A stretch of DNA of 64,000 nt from a virus (taxonomy: Duplodnaviria; Caudoviricetes), in IMG/VR virus record IMGVR_UViG_3300035208_001807, positions 32,001 through 96,000 of that record, one strand, 5' to 3'. The notes beneath the pieces are model-generated. The model had not been told where the DNA came from and made no database searches. It worked only from the letters and a program-made list of their open reading frames with translations. The position numbers and the translations under genes are program-made. The first letter of the stretch is position 1. Every line of letters begins with the position of its first letter. Of this stretch, positions 58,882-64,000 are shown in pieces.

Positions 58882-59998
58882 CATTAACCAGATGGAGTTG
58901 GGCCTTAAGAAGCGTGAGCCTCAAGTAGTTACTCCTATTAGCCCAGCTGTCCTGGCTGTCCAGCGTGGGATGATTGACTATGTAGTTGACTTCGAAGGAG
59001 ACCCCTATACGGTTGAGGTGAAGAAGCCCAAGACCTTTGTTCTTCGTGGCGATGGACTATGGTGTATCTTTGATAGACCCTTTGCAAGGTTCGTCGCGAA
59101 GCTCTCTGATGTTTCCTATCCCGCTTTGCCAGCTAACTTTAAGGCAGGCTTCAGGCTTAAGATCCCTAAGTTCTCTGGCAAGGACTACGCTAAGATCGTT
59201 GAACTCTTTCGTAGTTATGTTGCCGAGGGCTATTCGGGAGCCTCAGAAGCTCTGACCCAAATCTTTTGGGACTCTAACAAGCAGGAGTACTTTGTTAACA
59301 TACCTATCCAGGTTGTTAATGGGGCCGCTGTTCACTATGACTTCTCGAAGCAGGATGTACGCACTAAGGAACTAGGCGTCTTCCATGTCTTTGATATTCA
59401 TAGCCATAATACTATGTCGGCTTTCTTCAGTGGCACAGATGACACGGATGAGCAAGGCTCATATTTCTTTGGTGTCGTAGGCCATCTTAACGACGACAGA
59501 AGTGAGCACTCATTCCGCTTTGGTATCGATGGTGTCTTTACTGATATTGAACCGGAAGAAGTGATTGACTTAGCTTCCTATGAGGTGAGTGCTGAAGCCT
59601 ATCCTAAAGAGTGGCGTGATAATATCTCCATGGATATGGATAAGTACTCACCCAAGGAAGATCGCTGGGGCATGCAGATGGCCCAGTGGGATCGTAAGGG
59701 ATATGGCAAGCTCTGGGGCGAGGATGATTTCTCTGGAGTACATCGGTATGATCCCGAACGTATCGCTGAACGGGCCGGCCTAAGCGGACTGGGCGAGGAC
59801 GACAAAGAAGATTTCATTGACGTTCTTGATACTTTGTACGTCATGAACCTCAGGCCAGCGATGCTTCGCCGACTGATGAAGGATCTGTTTAACCATGAAG
59901 CATATGGCGCAGAGGCTAAGATGGTTGCCTCTCAGATGCTAGCTGCTGCTCGGGACGCTAAAGCGTCCAAGAAGTTTAAGAAGGGACCCAAGTCATGA
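58874..59998 (+). CDS. JAB/MPN metallopeptidase (PRTRC protein A-like)
   Basis: SEA..., DIHSHNTMSAFFSGTDDTDE JAMM motif. Confidence 0.85.
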   Translation: MSDINQMELGLKKREPQVVTPISPAVLAVQRGMIDYVVDFEGDPYTVEVKKPKTFVLRGDGLWCIFDRPFARFVAKLSDVSYPALPANFKAGFRLKIPKFSGKDYAKIVELFRSYVAEGYSGASEALTQIFWDSNKQEYFVNIPIQVVNGAAVHYDFSKQDVRTKELGVFHVFDIHSHNTMSAFFSGTDDTDEQGSYFFGVVGHLNDDRSEHSFRFGIDGVFTDIEPEEVIDLASYEVSAEAYPKEWRDNISMDMDKYSPKEDRWGMQMAQWDRKGYGKLWGEDDFSGVHRYDPERIAERAGLSGLGEDDKEDFIDVLDTLYVMNLRPAMLRRLMKDLFNHEAYGAEAKMVASQMLAAARDAKASKKFKKGPKS

Positions 59999-61623
59999 GG
60001 GCTTACATAGGAAGTTCTCCTGTAGTCTCGGCGCCTACTGTCGCTCCTGTTGTAGCACCTGCTACTGTTGTGACTAAGGTTACTCCCGCTCTTACTATTG
60101 AGACTGTTCATTCTATTCCTACTGCTCCCTATTACTTATCCTTTGCAGTTGGAAGTACAAACGACGATGAGCTATGGGCTCCGGCTATTAACATTGTCTA
60201 TGTTATTGGCTGCGGTGGCACGGGTGGGTTCGTTATCCGAGAACTTACCAGATACATTTCTACTCTCCCCTATGCTGATAGGACTATGATTGTCCTTATC
60301 GATGGAGATACAGTAGAGAAGAAGAACCTAACAAGACAGAACTTTGTTGAGAGGGATCTTGGTAAGAATAAGGCTGCCGTCCTTGCTCAGAGGTATGGTC
60401 AGGCCTTTGGTGTTACTGCTGTTAGCATTCCTGAACACCTAACGAAGGACAACATTGGTACACTGCTATCTCTTCGTGGGTTCCAGATGCTTGTTGAAGC
60501 CCATAAGCCAGCTTTGATCACTAAGGAAGAAGTAGTTTCATATCATGGCTACTCGGAGACTCCGGGCAACGTAGTGATCATCTCATGTGTAGATAATCAT
60601 AAGACCCGTTCCTTGATTAGTACACATCTGGGTTTAGCTAAGCAGGTTCCCTCTATCTGGAAGCAGAATCTAAAGTCTGTTCAGAGTGGCGCCTTCTATC
60701 GTTGTGATCCTTCTCATACATTTGATGCTAACATTACTTCACCTAAGCGGGTTACCTCACTTGCGTGGATTGACTCAGGCAATGAGGCTCGCTCTGGGCA
60801 AGTCTTTGTTCACTATGACTCCTTCTTCCATGAGCCTAGCCCTCATTTCTTACAGGATAGTAATGACGACTATAAGAATCTTGGGACTGGTGATAGCAGT
60901 TCGCCACTTGGGCTTATAGGCTCGTCTACTGCGGGTATGAACTATACTGCCCCGGCTAGCTTCTTTGCAGCGCTACTTGAGACTAACTACTTCCCTGGGC
61001 TAATAGCTCCTGGTCAGAGGAGAAACGAGGGTCCGGGTAGTATGAATCCTAAGGATCAACTTGAAGGTAGTATCCTAGCTTACACAAAAGTCTTGACTCA
61101 TGACTCTGATTACCTTAGACCTGGTGGTGTACAAGGAGTTATCAGTAGTGCTATTACTGGAGTTGTAGAGGATGCCCGAAAAGAGAAGCTCTTAAGGGAT
61201 ACCATCAAGCTCTATGATCCGCTTAAGGATCCTGGTCATCGGATGGCAGAGATGATCCGCGGGCTTGTTATCAGTAATAGCTACAAGTTCCTACGTGGAC
61301 ACATGACTCCACCAGTAACCTATATGTATCCCGATGTCTTTGCTGGCGAGAATGACAAGCTGAATACTGAGCTGAGTTGCGCCGAGCAGGCACTTGCAGA
61401 TCCTCAGACTCTGATGGTTAATGTCCAAGCAGCAGCCTATGTTATGGACTATGTCTCTAGGGTGCTAGCTTCTAATCCAAAGACCGCTTTCTTAGATAGC
61501 TTTGGGTGTGCGTGGAACGGGCCTAACTGTAAAGAGTTCCACATGACTAGAACAAATATAGAGAAGGTGTTAGAATCAGTTTCTAAGTGCCTAACCGTCC
61601 GGGAGGATGAGAGCAATGGGTAA
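59995..61623 (+). CDS. ThiF/E1-like adenylyltransferase
   Basis: IGCGGTGG, DGDTVEKKNLTRQ, NKA, CVDN..R, DSGN..GQV and SCAE motifs. Confidence 0.9.
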   Translation: MRAYIGSSPVVSAPTVAPVVAPATVVTKVTPALTIETVHSIPTAPYYLSFAVGSTNDDELWAPAINIVYVIGCGGTGGFVIRELTRYISTLPYADRTMIVLIDGDTVEKKNLTRQNFVERDLGKNKAAVLAQRYGQAFGVTAVSIPEHLTKDNIGTLLSLRGFQMLVEAHKPALITKEEVVSYHGYSETPGNVVIISCVDNHKTRSLISTHLGLAKQVPSIWKQNLKSVQSGAFYRCDPSHTFDANITSPKRVTSLAWIDSGNEARSGQVFVHYDSFFHEPSPHFLQDSNDDYKNLGTGDSSSPLGLIGSSTAGMNYTAPASFFAALLETNYFPGLIAPGQRRNEGPGSMNPKDQLEGSILAYTKVLTHDSDYLRPGGVQGVISSAITGVVEDARKEKLLRDTIKLYDPLKDPGHRMAEMIRGLVISNSYKFLRGHMTPPVTYMYPDVFAGENDKLNTELSCAEQALADPQTLMVNVQAAAYVMDYVSRVLASNPKTAFLDSFGCAWNGPNCKEFHMTRTNIEKVLESVSKCLTVREDESNG

Positions 61624-62491
61624 GCTAACGATCTTGAAGGGGCTGCCGGCCAGTGGCAAGAGCACTATGGCTCAGGAGCTATGTCTCAAGAACAAAAAGA
61701 CTGCGCGCTTGAACAAGGATCTCCTTCGTGAGATGCTTCACTTTGGTGGCTACCATGGTGATAATGAGCGCTGGGTCGTCCAGTTTGAGTACGACATGGC
61801 TCACCAGTTACTAGCACATGGCTACAATGTAGTAGTTGATGACACTAATCTCAACCCTGCACATGAGCGAAAGTACCGCGAGATTGCTGAGCCCGAGCAC
61901 ACTGTTGAAGTAGTCAGGATGAGCACCTCTGTTGATGAGTGCATCCTGCGCGATGGGGTGCGCAAGTCAATGGGCCAACGGTTCGTGGGTAAGGATAACA
62001 TCCTTAACATGGCGTTCCAGTTTGGCCTAGTCCAGCAGCATAACACTTGTGTTGTGTTTGACATGGATGGTACCCTCGCTGAGGTAACCCATAGGCGCCA
62101 CTTCGTACGTGATCTTCCTGCGGGCCAGAAGCCCGATTGGGATGCCTTCTTTAAGGCTTGCCCCGATGACACTCCTCGGCAGGCTGTTGTCGAGAAGCTT
62201 TTAGCAGCCAAGGCTGCAGGACATGATGTTATAGTCTGCTCTGCACGCCCTGAGCCCTATCGGGACATGACTGCTGCATGGCTAGGCAAGTATGGTATTC
62301 CGTATGACCGATTGATCATGCGTAGGAACCGAGACTACAGGCCCGATGAGATTGTCAAGAAAGAGTTCCTTGACAAATATCTAGATAGGACTAAGATAGT
62401 CAAAGTTTATGATGACCGCCCAAAGATAGTTCGCATGTGGAGGGCGGAAGGTTTAGATTGTGAAGATGTTGGTGATGGTGTAGAATTCTAG
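61616..62491 (+). CDS. pseT: Polynucleotide 5'-kinase/3'-phosphatase (T4 PseT-like)
   Basis: GLPASGKST, DDTNL, DMDGTL and DDR motifs. Confidence 0.9.
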   Translation: MGKLTILKGLPASGKSTMAQELCLKNKKTARLNKDLLREMLHFGGYHGDNERWVVQFEYDMAHQLLAHGYNVVVDDTNLNPAHERKYREIAEPEHTVEVVRMSTSVDECILRDGVRKSMGQRFVGKDNILNMAFQFGLVQQHNTCVVFDMDGTLAEVTHRRHFVRDLPAGQKPDWDAFFKACPDDTPRQAVVEKLLAAKAAGHDVIVCSARPEPYRDMTAAWLGKYGIPYDRLIMRRNRDYRPDEIVKKEFLDKYLDRTKIVKVYDDRPKIVRMWRAEGLDCEDVGDGVEF

Positions 62492-62513
62492 TACTAAGTC
62501 CAGGAGGACTTCG

Positions 62514-62825
62514 ATGAAGGTCACAGTTGGCAGTTCCGAGTATACGGTTAAGTTTGCTTACGAGGGAACTCGTGGCAACAAGACCACGATTTGCTGGGTG
62601 TCTGGGCCCGATCGCAATTCAATGGGAATGGCGAAGGTTCACCCGAACGACATCGGCAAGTTCAACAAAGCCGTAGGGCGTAAGCTTGCCCTCTCCAAGG
62701 CTCTCGGGACTCATCCCGGACGCCTGATTCCTGAGGAGAGGCGCCCCTATAAGGCTGAAGTTCGTACTGCAATTTGGAAGTCTTACTTCCAATACTGCAA
62801 GAGCGAGGGAGTAACCCCCGCTTAA
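62514..62825 (+). CDS. Hypothetical phage protein
   Basis: AGGAGG RBS; D..FNK..GRKLAL motif. Confidence 0.65.
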   Translation: MKVTVGSSEYTVKFAYEGTRGNKTTICWVSGPDRNSMGMAKVHPNDIGKFNKAVGRKLALSKALGTHPGRLIPEERRPYKAEVRTAIWKSYFQYCKSEGVTPA

Positions 62826-62834
62826 GGAGGGGTT

Positions 62835-63581
62835 ATGGATCCCAAGAGTGTAGTTATACTTAGAACACTGGTAGGCTCACAGGCCCATGGTCTGGCGACA
62901 CCCACTAGTGACATAGACTACAGGGCAGTATTCCTACTGCCTACCTCCGAGCATCTCAAGCTTGGCGGCACTGTGAGTGCTGTTGATTGGAAGGAGGGCG
63001 AGCAGGATAACACGGCCTACGAGATAGGTCATTTCCTTCACCTCGCCCTTCAGTCCAATCCTTCTATACTTGAAGTCTTAGGTGGTCCTGTAGAAGAGTC
63101 TAACAAGTGGGGTGAAGAACTCCGTACTCTCCTACCTGATCTCTGGACATCCAGACGTGTTCTCGATTCCTTTACTGGCTACTCTCGTAACCAGCAGAAG
63201 AAGTTCTTCGAGGACAAGGATGGCAAGACGTGGAAGTATGCTGTAGCTTATGCCAGAGTTCTTCTACTTGGCATAGAGCTACTGCGACACGGCACGTTAA
63301 CAGTCAGCCTAGAAAAGATGAGTAAGAACCCTGAGATGCTAAAGCTATCTCCTAAGGGTTGGTTAAACCCTGAATGGATAGGCGGCGGCGAACATCCTCT
63401 TGAACTCGATGAGGTTCTTAGGATGGTTAAGGCTGGCTTTGTCAGCAAGGGCATGGTCGTTGATTGGTGCGAGTCTCTGCGTCGTGAGATGCAGAAGGCT
63501 TACGATGCTAATCCCAATCATATAGCTAACCAGGATAAGGTCAACGAGTTCTTACTAAGGCTTAGGCGGGAGAACTGGTAA
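62835..63581 (+). CDS. Pol-beta superfamily nucleotidyltransferase (YcgL/RlaP-like)
   Basis: GSQAHGL.TP.SD.DYR and NPSILE motifs. Confidence 0.85.
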   Translation: MDPKSVVILRTLVGSQAHGLATPTSDIDYRAVFLLPTSEHLKLGGTVSAVDWKEGEQDNTAYEIGHFLHLALQSNPSILEVLGGPVEESNKWGEELRTLLPDLWTSRRVLDSFTGYSRNQQKKFFEDKDGKTWKYAVAYARVLLLGIELLRHGTLTVSLEKMSKNPEMLKLSPKGWLNPEWIGGGEHPLELDEVLRMVKAGFVSKGMVVDWCESLRREMQKAYDANPNHIANQDKVNEFLLRLRRENW

Positions 63582-64000
63582 TGCCTAATGCTGGATTCGA
63601 ACAAGAGCGGCGCCGTCGCAACCCGAAGGTGCCGCTATTTGTTTATCAGCGGGAGCGCAAGGGAAGCCGCATGTGCTTCCACTGTGCTAAGTGGAAGAAG
63701 CTCACTGAGTATGGGTGGGATGGGCACGGCAATAGGCGTGGCATCTGCCTACTCTGTATGAGAGCTTACAGACATAAGCATGAGATTCACAAGAGATCGT
63801 TGCCTGGGAAGATGCCCAAGACTCAGGTCTGTAACAAATGCAAGAAGCTTTTACCCGCCTGTTGTTTCCCACGTCGTGAAGAGTTCGATAAGAAGATAGA
63901 TGGTCTTTGTATGTGGTGCGGTTCTCGCCCACGCTACCGTCGATATGCTCGCCTGCATACAGAGAGGTATGCCGAGGCTAGACAGTCTCGGATTATTAAC

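Overview
This window reads as part of a large (jumbo-like) dsDNA bacteriophage genome. It has dense, nearly all plus-strand short genes with strong AGGAG-type RBSs, no core host housekeeping genes, and about 30 CCA-encoding tRNA or tRNA-like genes. The OmpA-fused ABC transporter and beta-barrel suggest a diderm host. Recognisable modules: NAD+ salvage and ADP-ribose handling (NadE, PncA, PncB, NADAR, NUDIX, macro, SLOG); RNA repair (DRB0094-type RNA ligase, PNKP, HAD, cyclic-phosphate receiver, phosphoesterases, nucleotidyltransferase); a PRTRC-like ubiquitin-like cassette (Ubl, E2-like, JAB, ThiF); two SSBs, a ParB-like protein and a UDG. Four unusual signals stand out. (1) Five tRNA genes (Ser, Trp, Asn, Gln, CAT) are each split at the anticodon arm by a cassette of sigma70 promoter, HNH endonuclease and an intact, sequence-divergent replacement tRNA of the same class, which looks like a self-compensating tRNA-homing element. 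(2) A tandem array of seven Y-RNA-like units, sharing a conserved closing stem but carrying different cargo domains, lies directly upstream of a Ro60/TROVE gene. (3) An RlmN-like radical SAM enzyme is split: its AACGQL catalytic-Cys tail is a separate 40-aa gene and the resolving Cys is replaced by Gly. (4) Several unrelated proteins share an LxxLVD C-terminal tag. All calls come from manual reading; no database searches were run.
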